Positions 1-11,370 are shown, counted from the first letter of the stretch. The stretch is 64,000 nucleotides of DNA from an uncultured delta proteobacterium (GCA_963767925.1 CAVYGB010000008.1:2368001-2432000), one strand, 5' to 3'. Numbers and translations are program-made. The notes: generated by a model not told the origin, from the sequence alone.

Positions 1-1127
1 TGTCCTGGAACTCGTCGATGAGGACGTGGGAAAAGCGGGTCTGCAGCTCGCGGCGGACGGCGGGCGCGTCGCGGATGAGGTCGCGGGCCCGCAGCAGCAG
101 GTCGACGAAGTCGAGCTTGCCCGCCGCCACCTTGGCCGCCTCGTACTCCGCCACCAGGGGCCGCAGATCCTCGCGCAGGCAGGCGGCCAGATCGGCGTCG
201 CACAGGGCGACCGCCCGGTCGAGCTCGGCCTTGATCCCGTCGCGCAGGGCGATGGCCTCGGACCGGGCGAGGTGGGCCCCGAAGGGTTCGGCCCGCGGGC
301 GCCCCCGGTAGGTCCAGGCCCGGGTCCGGTATTCGTTGGCCAGATCGCGCAACTCGGCCTCGAGCCCGTCGTGATCGCGCCCGCGCAGCCGCTCGCGCCG
401 GTCCAGCTCCTCCTTCCAGCGGCCGAGGGTGGCGATGCCCTGGGCCAGCCAGTCGGCGGGCTCGACCGCCCGGGCGCTCAGCGCGACCAGCTCGTCCAGG
501 CGGGCCACGGCGTCGTCGATGGCCGCCGACCGATCGAAGGGATCGCGCCGCCAGGGGGCCTCGAACCCGCGCAGCTCGACGAGCTTCCAGCCGGCCTCAC
601 GCAGCAACGCCCGCGGGCCCTCGTGGTCCTTGCGCCGGAGCACCCGCCGCACCCCCTCGGGCGGATCGGCCAGGACCCGCTGGAACCAGCGCTCGAAGGC
701 CTGGTCGTAAAGGCCGCTCTGCGCGTCCCCCGCGACGATCTCGAAGGAGGGATCGACGCACGCCTCGACCGGACGCTCGCGCAGGAGATCGCCGCAAAGC
801 GCGTGGATGGTCCCGATGTGGGCCAGCTCCAGCTCGGCCAGGGCCCGGTCCAGGCGCGGGCGCCGGGGGTCGTCGGCGCCCAGCTCCGAGCGGGCCCGCT
901 CGATCTCCGTGCGCAGGCGCAGCTTCATCTCTCCGGCCGCCTTGTCGGTGTAGGTCACCGCTACCAGGCCCTGCAAGGTGGCCTGCCCGCCCCGCACGAG
1001 GGCCACGATGCGGGAGACCAGGCCGGTGGTCTTGCCGGTCCCGGCCGCCGCCGTGACGATCAACGTGGCCGCCGAGATCCTCGCGGATGCGGGCGCGGGC
1101 GGGCTCGTCGGGCAGCGGGGTGCTCAT
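1..1127 (-). CDS. AddA/UvrD-family helicase-nuclease, N-terminal part (runs off the window; one frameshift near 1070)
   Basis: After the frameshift reads LIVTAAAGTGKTT (Walker A), AVTYTDKAAGEMKLRL, IGTIHALC and, at the window edge, HVLIDEFQD (Walker B); start overlaps the stop of the AddB-like gene. Confidence 0.85.
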
Positions 1128-4100
1128 GGCAGGTTGCGCAGGGCTTTGAGGGCGGTGAGATCCCCCCGGTCCTTCTTGCGGCCGGTCCGCTCCTCCTCCC
1201 AGGGGCCGCAGATCGGACGGTAGTCGCAGAAGCGACAGGCGTCTTTGCCCGGCGCCGCCGGCAGGAAGCCCCGGCCGAGGGCGTCGGAGAGGGCGGCGGC
1301 CACCTGGTTGGCGGAGGCGCGGGCCCGGCGATCGAGGGCCACCAGCACCTCCTTGAACTCGCCGGCGCTGGTGCCGTAGCTCAGGCGCCCACCCTCGATC
1401 GCCTTGTCGGGAAAGAGCTTCTCGAGGGCCAGGGCGTAAAAGACCGGCTGGAGCGACTCGCCGCCCCCGATCACCGAGCCCGGCCGCTGGCGGGACTTGC
1501 CGGTCTTGTGGTCGGTGGCGCGGAGCTGGCCGCCGGGGGACACCTCGACGAGGTCGATCGAGCCGCGCAGCTTGATCCCGCAGTCCAGGGCGATCGGGTC
1601 GGGGGTCGACGCGGGGTCGCGCCCGCGCGCCTCGGCCAGACCGAAGGCGAGCTCGAGGTTCAGGGGACTCCAGGGCTCCCGCTCGCTCTCCCGGCGCAGC
1701 GATTCGAGGAGGTCGGCGCGGATGGAGGCCACCCCGTCCTCCCAGACCCGATCGATGGCGGGGGCCAGCCGGTCCCGGTATTGCCCGGCCACCGCGACGA
1801 GGATGCGCTCGAGCGCCGCGCGCACCTCGGCCAGGTTGTCGGGGCGGATGGGGACCAACCCGTGCGCGCGCAGCTCGGTGAGCAGCTCGAAGAGGATCTC
1901 GTGCACGAGCGAGCCGCGATCGAGCGGGTCGATCTTCTCGATGGCCACCGGCTCCTCGCGGGGGGCCAGCTTGTGGAGCGCGTGGAGAACGAAGCGGTAG
2001 GGGCAGGCGGCGAAGCTCTGCATCGCCGTCGGGGAATACGAGCGGGCGGTCAGGGCGTGGGCGGCCAGCGCGGCCCGCGCCGCCTCGTCGGGCTTGACCA
2101 GTCCGTCGGCGTAGGACCAGCGGCCCGGGTCCCAGCGCATGGCCCGGTGGCGGAGGGCGCGGGCCAGGTGCTGGTTGGAGGTGATGAGGTAGCGGGCAGC
2201 CCCGGTGACGGCGGCGGCGTCCGGGCGGACCAGGCGGGCCAGCAGGGAGAGGTCGTGCTCGGCCTCGTCGATGGCGTCGGCGGCCTCCTCGGGGGCGGGC
2301 CAGCCCAGGCGGGTGGCGCCGCCGCGATCGGCGGTGCGGGCCAGCGCCTCGAAGCTGGGCAGCCGTCCCTCGACCGCGCGCAGGACCTCCAGGCCGTAGA
2401 AGGAGGGGACCCGCGGGCGAGCCTGCTCGGCGTCGACCCGGGAGTACGACAGGACCACCCGCCGCCGGGCGCTGCCCACGGCGATCCGAGCGCCAGGCGC
2501 TCGGCCTCGATGCGATCGACGACGGTGGCGAGGTGGCCCCCGAGGGCGGCCCGGGCCTCGTCGCGCAGCAGGGGGTCCTGGTTGACCCGCTGCGGGAACA
2601 TCCGCTCGGCCAGCCCGGGCACGAACACCAGGTCGAACACCAGCCCGCGGGCGGTGGCCACCGGGCCGACGAAGACCCGGCCGGCGCTGCGGCTCGAGGG
2701 GGCCAGCGTGAGGTTGGCCAGGCGGCGGGCCAGCACCACCCGCACCTCGCGCAGCCCGACCGGACCCACCGGCGCCATGGGGTGGAGCTCGGCCAGGACG
2801 GCGAGCACCCGGTCGGGCCGCCGCAGGGTGCGGGTGGCCAGCCCGGCCAGGCGATCCAGCCAGCCGCCCCAGGTGGCGCTGCCGGGCAGCGCCTCGAGAT
2901 CGGCGAGGATCGGCAGGGCGAAGGCGCGCAGGGTCTCGAGCTGGACCAGGTCGCGCTTGATCCCCTCGCCGCGCGGCTCGTCCACCTCGACCTCCGCCAG
3001 CCGCAAGATGAGCTCCTCGCGCCAGCCGGCGAGGCGGCGCTCCCAGCGGGCCCGCCCGCCGATCACCGCGGCGTCGACCAGGATCTGCTCCCAGCGGTGG
3101 GGGGCCCGCAGGGTCCCCGCCACGACCGCGCCGGAGAGGGTAGGCGGCGAGGCGTCGCTCTCCGGAGGCTCCTCCGGGAGCGCCTCGGCCTCGGCGGCGA
3201 GCGCGGCGGGCAGCAGCTCCTCGTCGGGGGGGACCCAGCGGTCGGTGGCCGGCGCGGCCCGCGGCGGCTGGTTCTCGGCGGTGGCGTCGGGCGACTCGCC
3301 GAGGGAGAGGTACTCGGCGAAGCGGCGGGCGGACAGGCCTTCCTCGAGACAGGCGAGCAGGGCCAGGAAGGCCCGCCCGGCCGGGTCGGGCTGCACCGCC
3401 CCGCTCGAGAAGTGAACCGGGATGCGGGCCCGGCGGAGCGCCTCCTGGAGGTGGGCCCGGTACTGCGCGGGTCCTCGCAGCAGCACCGCCATGCGATCGA
3501 AGGGGACGCCCGCCTCGGCCTCCCGGATGATCCGGCGCGCGATCTCCACACACTCGCGGCTCTCGCCGGGCGCCGACATGAACACGACCTCGTCCCGCCG
3601 GTCCGACAGGGCGTTGGTCCCCTCGGAGAACAGGGAGGCCTGCAGCCGCCCGAGCGCGCCCGCAGGTGGGTCCGCGTTCTGGCTCATCCGCGCCTCTGGC
3701 AGGAGGGCGCGCAGGCGGTCGAGCGTGCGCCCGTCGCCGGCCGGGACGGTGGCCAGCGTGTCGGGCGCGGCGCGGGCGAGCTGCTCGACGAGGCGGGCCT
3801 CGAGGGTGGTCCAGACCGGCACGTCGAGCAGCAGCAGGGCGGGCGCGGGCTGCCGGGTGGTGTCGCGGCGGGCGCAGGCTTCGGCCGCCGCGGTCAGGAG
3901 AGCGGCCCGATCCGCGAGCCGCTCCTCCCCGAGGAGGCCGGCCAGCTCGCCGAGGATCCGGGCCAGCTCGGGCGACTCGGCGGCGATCGCCTCTGCGTCC
4001 AGGCCGGCCAGGCGCACCTCCGTGAGCGTGCGCGCCACCGCCGCCGCCAGCCCCGGGCGGTCGGCGATCGCCTCGAGCCGCCCCAGGCCACCCGCCGCGC

Positions 4101-4398
4101 GCAGGCGATGAATGGCCCGGACGCTGAGCGCCTCGAGGATGGCCGCGCCCGCCGCCGCCCGCTGGGTCTCGACCAGCCGGGGGGTGGCGAGGGCGACGGC
4201 CAGGCCACCCAGGGTCGTCGGGCGCCAGCCGAACGAGGCGCCGCAGGCCACGGTCACCTGCCGGACCAGCGTGCGCGCGGCCAGCGCCGTCGCCCCCACC
4301 ACGAGCGTCTCGCGCGCCTTGCCCCCGGCCGCGAGCCAGGCCGAGGCCGCGGCGATCCGCTCCTCACCGCGGGGCGAGGCGACGATGGTGGCGAGCAC
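1124..4398 (-). CDS. AddB-like PD-(D/E)XK nuclease subunit (frameshift near 2480)
   Basis: ORFs 2050..4398 and 1124..3553 join; inactive helicase-like N-part (SAPGESRECVEIARRI, ARGLVFDLVFVPGLAE); C-terminal LRGSIDLVE..TDHKTG nuclease with Fe-S cysteines CPYRF...CRFCDYRPIC. Confidence 0.85.
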
Positions 4399-4410
4399 CC
4401 GGCACTTCCC

Positions 4411-4743
4411 TCATGGGATGGCGAGGACCGCCAGGGTCTGCCCGCGGTCGAACACCCGCCGCACGTCGACCGCCAGGACGTGCTCGCCGGAGGGCCAGGC
4501 CGCGCCGGCCGGGGCGAGGACGATCGCCGCCACGTAGATCCCTTCGCCCCGCGGCGACACCTCCGCGACGGCCACCTGCAAGGCGGCCAGCTCGGCCCCG
4601 GGAGGCGGAGCCAGCGCGCGCACCGAGAGGTCCCCGGCCCGCAGATCGGTGATGGCCTTGCCGGCGTCGTCGGCGACCGAGACGAAGACGGCCGCCGCCC
4701 GACCGGCGCGGGCCGCCCGCGCCTCGACGTTCATCCTCGCCAC
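4411..4743 (-). CDS. Hypothetical protein, beta-rich (Ig-like?)
   Basis: 110-aa ORF, co-oriented and closely spaced with neighbours, protein-like composition. Confidence 0.55.
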   Translation of the reverse strand: MARMNVEARAARAGRAAAVFVSVADDAGKAITDLRAGDLSVRALAPPPGAELAALQVAVAEVSPRGEGIYVAAIVLAPAGAAWPSGEHVLAVDVRRVFDRGQTLAVLAIP

Positions 4744-4831
4744 AGTTCGCTCCGGGAGAAATCAGGGGCGGTCATGGATCCGAGGATGCCACGGCGGACC
4801 GCGGCCGGCACCCTCGGGGCCGCGCGGGCGA

Positions 4832-6610
4832 TCAGCGCAGCGCCGGCGCCGGCCGGGGGCGGGAAGGGGCCCCCCGGGGTGGGCCCGACGCGGGCGGAGC
4901 GTGGACCGGCTCGATGCTCACCTGAGGTGCGCGGGGATCGGGCTGCGCGGCGGCCCGCGCGAAGGCGGGCGCCGCCTCGGCCGCGATCTCGAAGGTGGAG
5001 GAGCGCGGGCCGACCCGGATCGCACCCACCACCTGGCGGGTGACGCCGCCGCGGCGGCAGATCAGGGGCAACAACCAGCCCGGCTCGGCCTTGGCCTCGG
5101 TGCCGAGGTTCACCCGGAAGATGACCGGACCGGACAAGGAGGGGCGACCGCCCCGGGCGGGCGGGCTGCCCCCGTGCAGGCGGGCGGGCTCGCGGGGGCG
5201 GGCCGGACCGGACCCCGCTTCCCGCCTGGCCAGGTCGACCGGGATGAGCGGCAAGGCGCGGGGCAGGCGGTTCATCTCCCGCTCGAGCAGCAGCGCGATC
5301 AGCACGCGCTCGGGCACCGAGGCGCGCAGGCGATCCTCCAGACTGCCGGCCACCTCCTTGCGACCGGGGAGATCGGCAGCGGGCGGAGCGCCCTCCGCCT
5401 GGGCCTCCGTGACCGGGCGGGCCTCCTCGAGCAAGGTGGCCAGAAAGCGGTCCTCCAGCTTGCGGCGAACCTGCTCGGGCGAGGGCGCCGGGGTCCAGGG
5501 CGCCTTCAGGCGGGCGGAGGCCAGCAGGCGCTCGGCCTTGGCCCGCTCGCGCAGGTCGGCGATGAGGACGCTGACCCCCTTCTTGCCGGCGCGGCCGGTG
5601 CGCCCGCTCCGGTGAGTCAGGGCATCCGCGTTCTCCGGGAGGTCGGCGTGGACGATCAGATCCACATCGGGCAGATCGAGCCCGCGGGCGGCGACGTTGG
5701 TGGCCACCAGCACCTGGGCGTTGCCCGAGCGGAGGGTCTCGAGCGCGCGGTTGCGCTCGCCCTGCGCGCGGTCACCGGAGATCGCGGTGGCCCGCAGGCC
5801 GTGCAGGACCAGCCCCTCGTGCAGGTCAGCCACGCCCTCGCGAGTCCGGCAAAACACGATGGCCCGGCTGTCCCCCGCCCCCAGCAGGACGTTGACCACC
5901 GCCGCCCGCCGGTCCTGCGGCCGCACCAGGTGGGCCACGTAGCGGATGTCGGCGTGCGCCGCCCCCTCGCCGCCCACCCGGGCATCAACCCGGACGGCCT
6001 CGCGCTGGTAGGTCGCCGCCAGCTTGGCGATCTCCCGGGGCAACGTCGCGGAGAAGAGCAACGTGCGGCGCGCGGGCGGGCTGGCGGCCAGGACGTACTC
6101 CAGGTCCTCCTTGAAGCCCATGTCGAGCATCTCGTCCGCCTCGTCGAGCACCATCACCTCGATCGCCGACAGGTCGAGGGCGCCCTGCTTGTGCAGGTCG
6201 ACCAGCCGCCCGGGTGTGCCGACCGCCAGGTCGACCCCGCGCCGCAGGCGGCTGATGTCGCCGCCGACCGGCGTGCCCCCGGTGAAGGTGGCGAGGCGGG
6301 AGTGGGTCCCGGTAAACAGCCACTGCAGCTCGCGCTGCACCTGCGCCGCCAGTTCGCGGGTCGGAGCCACGACGAGGGCGCGCGGCAGCTTGCTCTCGGG
6401 CCCGTCGCCGCGCGGCGCCAGGCTCTGGGCGATGAGCGTGCCGAAGGCGACGGTCTTGCCGGATCCGGTCTGGGAGGACACCAGCAGGTCGCGCCCGGCC
6501 AGCGCAGGATCGAGGACCGCCGCCTGCACGGGGGTGGCGGTCTCGTAGCCGCGCGCGGCCAGGGCGGAGGCGAGCGCGGAATGAACGGGGAGGTCGGCGT
6601 AAAGAGGCAA
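4832..6610 (-). CDS. DEAD-box RNA helicase with DbpA-type RNA-binding domain
   Basis: ATPVQ, QTGSGKT, PTRELA, LDEADEMLDMGF, FSAT, ARGLD, HRSGRTGRAG motifs; C-terminal FRVNLG...LICRRGG. Confidence 0.95.
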   Translation of the reverse strand: MPLYADLPVHSALASALAARGYETATPVQAAVLDPALAGRDLLVSSQTGSGKTVAFGTLIAQSLAPRGDGPESKLPRALVVAPTRELAAQVQRELQWLFTGTHSRLATFTGGTPVGGDISRLRRGVDLAVGTPGRLVDLHKQGALDLSAIEVMVLDEADEMLDMGFKEDLEYVLAASPPARRTLLFSATLPREIAKLAATYQREAVRVDARVGGEGAAHADIRYVAHLVRPQDRRAAVVNVLLGAGDSRAIVFCRTREGVADLHEGLVLHGLRATAISGDRAQGERNRALETLRSGNAQVLVATNVAARGLDLPDVDLIVHADLPENADALTHRSGRTGRAGKKGVSVLIADLRERAKAERLLASARLKAPWTPAPSPEQVRRKLEDRFLATLLEEARPVTEAQAEGAPPAADLPGRKEVAGSLEDRLRASVPERVLIALLLEREMNRLPRALPLIPVDLARREAGSGPARPREPARLHGGSPPARGGRPSLSGPVIFRVNLGTEAKAEPGWLLPLICRRGGVTRQVVGAIRVGPRSSTFEIAAEAAPAFARAAAQPDPRAPQVSIEPVHAPPASGPPRGAPSRPRPAPALR

Positions 6611-6750
6611 GCCGGCGATAGTAGCAGCCGATTGCCAGGATGGCCGGGGAGTTGGCGCCCAAAAACGCGCGCCGGGCGCGGGGATGGGCCATCCCGTCTT
6701 GCGTCACGCCGACAGCGGCGGCCGGGCGAGGTGGCACGAGCGCGGGCGGT

Positions 6751-7254
6751 TCACACCGGGGGCAGCAACTCGACCCGATCGCCGGGACGGATCGCGCCCG
6801 GGGTGAGCACCCGCGCGTAGGTCCGGCTGCAGCCCGGGTGGCGCTTCTGGTCGAGCGGGCTGAAGTCGCCGTCGCGGAAACAACCGCGGATGGTCTTGCA
6901 GGGCGCCGCGTAGCTGGTGATGGCGAGGACCACCTCGCCGCCGAGGCGCAGCCGCGCGCCGGGAACGACCCGCCCCCAGTCGAGGCCCCGGACCGTGACG
7001 TTCTCCCCCGCGGCGCCGGGGGCGATGGGGTGCCCCTGCGCTACGAGGGCCTCGACCTGCTCGACGGCAAACAGACAGACCGCCCGCTCGGGGCCGCCGT
7101 GAAACCGCGGGTGCCGCTGCCGATCTCCGTCGAGCCCCAGCGTCCCCACGGTGGCCACCGGCACCGGGAGCTTCGGCACCCCGCCCTGCGAGACGCTCAC
7201 CTGGACGATCGTCCCGACCCGCCCGTCCGGGCCCGGCGATGCCGGCCGGCTCAG
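6751..7254 (-). CDS. MOSC domain protein (start uncertain)
   Basis: VSVSQGGVPK, GLDGDRQ..FHGGPERAV, GENVTV, PCKTI, YARVLTPGAIRPGD. Confidence 0.85.
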   Translation of the reverse strand: MSRPASPGPDGRVGTIVQVSVSQGGVPKLPVPVATVGTLGLDGDRQRHPRFHGGPERAVCLFAVEQVEALVAQGHPIAPGAAGENVTVRGLDWGRVVPGARLRLGGEVVLAITSYAAPCKTIRGCFRDGDFSPLDQKRHPGCSRTYARVLTPGAIRPGDRVELLPPV

Positions 7255-7859
7255 CGCAGCCTCGCGCTCTCCGCAGCGAGCGCCGCCGGCCAGGCCGGCA
7301 AGGCTCGCGCCTCGGCGGTGGTCAGCGGCGCCGCCGGGGCAGACGGCCGGGACTGCAGCGTGAGCTGCCACCAGCCCACGTCGTGCCAGGCACCCAGCTT
7401 CCAGCCGACCGCCGGGTAGACGCCGATCGAACGGAAGCCCAGCGCCTCGTGCAGGCCGACGCTGCCCGGGTTCGGCAAGGTGATCCCGGCGTGGGCCGCG
7501 AAGAAACCTTGCAGGCGCAGCAGGGAGAACAGCGCCTGGTAAAGAGCGCGCCCCAGGCCGCGGCGCTGGTGCCCGGCTCCGACGTAGACCGCGACGTCCA
7601 CCGACCACTGGTAGGCGGCACGATCCCGGTGCCGGGAGGCGTAGGCATACCCCAGCACGGGGCCGCCGCTTGCGCTGTCCCCTTCGACCGCGACGAGCCA
7701 CGGCGCAAATCCGATCAGCGCTCCGATCCGCCGCGCCATCTCGCCCGCGTCCGGCGCCTCGAGCTCGAAGGACGTGGCCGCGTCGCGCACGTGGGGCCGG
7801 TAGACGGCGGCCACCTGCGCGCCGTCGGCCGGGTCCGCCATGCGGAGGGTGATCGCCAT
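7251..7859 (-). CDS. GNAT N-acetyltransferase, phosphinothricin/arsinothricin acetyltransferase-like
   Basis: TSFELEAPD, GYAYASRHRDRAAYQWS, HQRRGLGRALY, PNPGSVGLHEALGF, GWKLGAWHDVGWWQ. Confidence 0.9.
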   Translation of the reverse strand: MAITLRMADPADGAQVAAVYRPHVRDAATSFELEAPDAGEMARRIGALIGFAPWLVAVEGDSASGGPVLGYAYASRHRDRAAYQWSVDVAVYVGAGHQRRGLGRALYQALFSLLRLQGFFAAHAGITLPNPGSVGLHEALGFRSIGVYPAVGWKLGAWHDVGWWQLTLQSRPSAPAAPLTTAEARALPAWPAALAAESARLR

Positions 7860-8012
7860 GGACCTTCCTGGCCCGAGGCTATCGCCGGCGGACCCGGGAT
7901 TCAACCGCGGGCGATGGTCGAGGCCCGATGGGGCCCGCCGGGTGGCTGGGCCGGGGTGATCCTGCGCACCGCCGGTGCGCCCGGCGGGTCGGCGCTGGTC
8001 ACCGCATGCCGA

Positions 8013-8285
8013 TCACTTCTTCTTGGCCGACCCGTTTCCGCCGTCTTCCGGCTTGTGCTGGAGACAGGGAGAACAGTTCACCTCGGTCCAGTTCATGGAG
8101 CGCTTCTCCTGCCACTGCTGCTCCCGCTTCTTGTGGGCTCGCCTCCAGGGAACGAAGAACGAATGGATGATCTTGGGGTCGATCGACTTCGCGCTTTTGT
8201 CCGACGGCTGCATGCCCTCAACATCGGCGGCTATCGATTCCTCCTCGACGACGTACCCCGGCGCCTGCGCTGCGGTTTGCGGCAA
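8013..8285 (-). CDS. Small hypothetical protein (may start at internal Met, MQPSDK)
   Basis: Lys/Glu/Trp-rich ORF unlike shadow ORFs; contains CSPC. Confidence 0.5.
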   Translation of the reverse strand: MPQTAAQAPGYVVEEESIAADVEGMQPSDKSAKSIDPKIIHSFFVPWRRAHKKREQQWQEKRSMNWTEVNCSPCLQHKPEDGGNGSAKKK

Positions 8286-8515
8286 CCCGAGGTTCCCCGA
8301 CGTCTTTCGGAGGTGGCCAGCGCGTTAGCCGCAGCGGTTCGTTCGGCGCTCGTCAGGCGAATCGCGGAGGGAACTTCTGATCGGCGGGACCGGCCGGCGC
8401 GAGGCCGTCGCTGGCCGCGGGGGCGAGCAACTTGGCGGGCCCGGCCATCGTCCACCGGACGCCGAAAGAACAGAGTGGGGACGTCGAAACCAGCCGCTAG
8501 CCAGACCGTCAACCC

Positions 8516-8838
8516 GCCCTGGCCGCCCTCTTCGACGCCACCAACCTGTTCCTCGGCACCCCGATCGGCGAATTCGTCGGGGAGATCGCCACCGCCACCT
8601 GGTTCTTCGCCGTCGCCATCGCCTGGCGCCGGGCCGGCCGCCGCGTCCTGGGCACCGCCGGCCACGCCGCCGCCACCATCGTCGCCATCGCCGCCCTCCG
8701 CAACATCACCCCCGCCGTCAGCCCCATCTCCGAATGAACAACCTCACCCTCCCCCTCTGGATGATCACCATGGGCATCGCCTTCGTGCGGGACCGGCAGC
8801 CAGGGCGCTGGACCGGAAGTCCGGGCAAGTCCCCCTGA
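8516..8838 (+). pseudogene. 5'-truncated membrane protein fragment, DUF4386-like
   Basis: No start codon; reads ALAALFDATNLFLGTPIGEFVGEIATATWFFAVAIAW...ALRNIT, frameshift, then NNLTLPLWMITMGIAFVR. Confidence 0.5.
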
Positions 8839-8871
8839 CAATGGGGTTCCGGGGCGCTATTACGAACGCCC

Positions 8872-9060
8872 ATGAACCCGAAAGAACGCCAGAGCCTGTT
8901 GACCCTGCTCGCGACCCACCTCCGCACCACCGACAACCCCGACGACACGGAGCTCGCCGACCGGATCGGAAAGAACGCCCTGACGGAAGAGGACTACGAA
9001 ACCCTCCAGGGCGTCTGCGAGATGGCCCTCGAGGACCACAAGCTCGCCAACGAAGCCTGA
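8872..9060 (+). CDS. Small acidic hypothetical protein
   Basis: 62-aa ORF with strong GC3 codon bias. Confidence 0.65.
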   Translation: MNPKERQSLLTLLATHLRTTDNPDDTELADRIGKNALTEEDYETLQGVCEMALEDHKLANEA

Positions 9061-9333
9061 TCCCAGGCGCCCCCCCCACCAGGGCCGGTCACCGATCGGC
9101 CCTTTTCGTTTCACACGCCTCTCGGTCGACGCGTAGGGAAGCGTCCTGCGTCAAGCCCGGCGGTCGGGAGCTCTTCCCCGGCCGGAGCTGGTGCCCGTAC
9201 GCCCCTCGCCCGTCGTGAGGTCGACGACCGACAACCGTCCAGGACGTCAGCCCCGAGCGCGCCGGTGGCCGCCCCGAGCCGCGAGCCCCGGCGGCCTGGA
9301 AAAGCTCGGGGAGGCGTGGTTGACTGGGCCACC

Positions 9334-10272
9334 GTGAAGCGTCGCCAGTTCCTTCGAAACACCGGTATCGCCGCCGCCTGCGCGGTGCTCGATGGGCCCG
9401 CCTTCGCCGCTGCCGGCCTGCGCGCGCGGCTTGGCGTCACCAGCGACGAGATCTCCAACGACCTCGAGGTGGCGTTGCGCCTCTTGCAGTCGTTCGGGCT
9501 CGGCTGGGTCGAGCTGCGGAAGGTTTGGGGGCAAAACGTCACCGAGCTCTCGCTCGAAGACTGCAAGCGCGCCCGCGCCCTGATGGACCGCTACAAGGTG
9601 CGCCTGTCCGTCCTCGACACGGCCATGTACAAGTGCGACCTGCCCGGCCTGCCGAGCGGCCGCAAGGAAGACTACCCCTTCGACGGTCAGGACGCCGTTC
9701 TGGCCCGGGCCCTCGAGCGCGCCCCCATCCTCGGCACCCGCTTCATCCGGATCTTCAGCTTCTGGCGCCCCAGCGCGGCCGCGCTCGACGAGCCCGGCTT
9801 CAAGCGCGTCGTCGAGCACCTGAGCAAGGCCAGCGACAAGGCGCGCGCCGCCAAGGCGACCCTGCTGCTGGAGAACGTCAACGGCGCCAACGTCGAGACC
9901 AGCGTCGAGGCGGCCCGCCTGCTGGCCGCCATCCCCTCGCCGGCGTTCGGCCTGGCCTGGGATCCCAACAACGCCTACTGCGGCAAGGAGACCCCCTTCC
10001 CCGACGGCTACCGCGCCCTCGACCGCAAACGGATCCACCACATCCACCTGCGCGACGCCGGCTGGGACCCCGAGACAAAGAAGTGCAAGTGGCTGCCCGT
10101 CGGCAAGGGCCAGGTCGACAACCTCGGGCTGCTGCGCGCCCTCGCCAAGGACCGGTTCCCCGGCACCCTCACCCTCGAAACCCACTACGCCCGCCCCGAC
10201 GGCAACAAGGAGCTCGCCACCCGCGAGTCCCTGCAGGGCCTGCTCCCCCTCTTCGACCGCGCGACAACCTGA
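9334..10272 (+). CDS. Tat-exported sugar-phosphate isomerase/epimerase (xylose isomerase-like TIM barrel)
   Basis: KRRQFL Tat motif; LLLEN, WDPNN, HIHLRD, LTLETH metal ligands. Confidence 0.9.
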   Translation: MKRRQFLRNTGIAAACAVLDGPAFAAAGLRARLGVTSDEISNDLEVALRLLQSFGLGWVELRKVWGQNVTELSLEDCKRARALMDRYKVRLSVLDTAMYKCDLPGLPSGRKEDYPFDGQDAVLARALERAPILGTRFIRIFSFWRPSAAALDEPGFKRVVEHLSKASDKARAAKATLLLENVNGANVETSVEAARLLAAIPSPAFGLAWDPNNAYCGKETPFPDGYRALDRKRIHHIHLRDAGWDPETKKCKWLPVGKGQVDNLGLLRALAKDRFPGTLTLETHYARPDGNKELATRESLQGLLPLFDRATT

Positions 10273-10474
10273 GCCGCCGTCGACCTGTGCTCGCGAACCA
10301 CGGTCGGGGTTCTGCGCCAGCACAGCCGCCACCTGCCCTCCCATCCGCGTCGGGAACCTGGCCATAGATCGCGAGGCACACGCCAGCCGTCTTGCCCGCC
10401 GCCTCCGAACAGAATCCAAAGCAGCGCGCGGCCCGCTCACAGGCCCGCTCCGAGGACAAGGGCTCCGGGCGCTC

Positions 10475-10873
10475 GTGGTGGGCGACGAGAACATCCACGT
10501 CGACGGGCGCAGGATCGCCGAGCTGGAGGCGCACCCGACCAATCACCTCTTCGTCCTCGAAGCGGAGGGCGCCGTGCAGGGAACCGCCTTCCTCACCATC
10601 TGCCTCGACCCGATGTACGGCTTCAGCCCCTACGGCGTGGTCGAGAACGTCTTCGTGCAGCCGGCGCTGCGCGGAACCAGCGCCGGTCGCGCCCTCATGA
10701 GCGCCGTCGAGCAGGAAGCGCGGGCCGCCCACAGCACCAAGCTGATGCTCCTGAGCTCGCTCTCCCGCAGCGACGCCCACCGCTTCTTCCTCCGCCTCGG
10801 CTTCGAGGGCGACAAGAAGCGCGGCTTCGTGAAATACCTCAACCGCACCCCGCCCCTCCCCCCCTCGCCCTGA
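10475..10873 (+). CDS. GNAT N-acetyltransferase (N-terminus possibly frameshifted)
   Basis: GVVENVFVQPALRGTSAGRALM, KLMLLS, AHRFFLRLGF. Confidence 0.8.
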   Translation: MVGDENIHVDGRRIAELEAHPTNHLFVLEAEGAVQGTAFLTICLDPMYGFSPYGVVENVFVQPALRGTSAGRALMSAVEQEARAAHSTKLMLLSSLSRSDAHRFFLRLGFEGDKKRGFVKYLNRTPPLPPSP

Positions 10874-11059
10874 CGATCGCCTTTCCCCCTCCTGCCCAGC
10901 GCCCGAACTGTGGCCAGGCACAGGAGGCCCCACCGCTCACACCAGGGATCCGGCATTCTCGAGGCGGGACGGCAATCGCCAGCGCACCACCCACAGCCGC
11001 TGCCGACGGAGGCGCACGCAGCATGCCAGCCTGTAACGGCTTCAGATCCGAGTAGGTTT

Positions 11060-11091
11060 GTAGCGGGGGCCCGCTACTTCCGTTTTCAAAT
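11060..11091. repeat. Distal att junction of the island
   Basis: GTAGCGGG-GG-CCCGCTAC perfect 8-bp inverted repeat, followed by T-N6-TTCAAAT. Confidence 0.75.
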
Positions 11092-11273
11092 ACCTACCGG
11101 CTGGCGCTGGCACCAGGGTTCGGGCTGGGGCTGGATGAGGGTTGTGGACCCGTCGCGGGGTAGAATCGAGTGCGGTCGGGTTCAGACCACCCTCGTCGTG
11201 TCGATGGGTTTGCGTTCCTGCCCCCGCCAATCTCGCAAGCCAACCAAGCTGGCTAATGACCGAGAGGTGTTAA

Positions 11274-11370
11274 AAGGCACTCCAGCGGTTCGTCTCGACG
11301 ACAAACGCCATCGAGAACCTGATGGGCGTCGTGCGGACGGTCACCCGCATCGAGAAGCGCCTCTATTCGT
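11274..11370 (+). pseudogene. IS256 (Mutator) family transposase fragment
   Basis: KALQRFVSTTNAIENLMGVVRTVTRIEKR resembles the IS256 TTN-x-IE catalytic-Glu helix; preceded by an in-frame stop. Confidence 0.6.

Noticed and set aside
26..6820. Very long plus-strand ORFs (1129, 836, 723 aa) and similar ones elsewhere
   Set aside because: Antisense shadows of real minus-strand genes in high-GC DNA; no motifs
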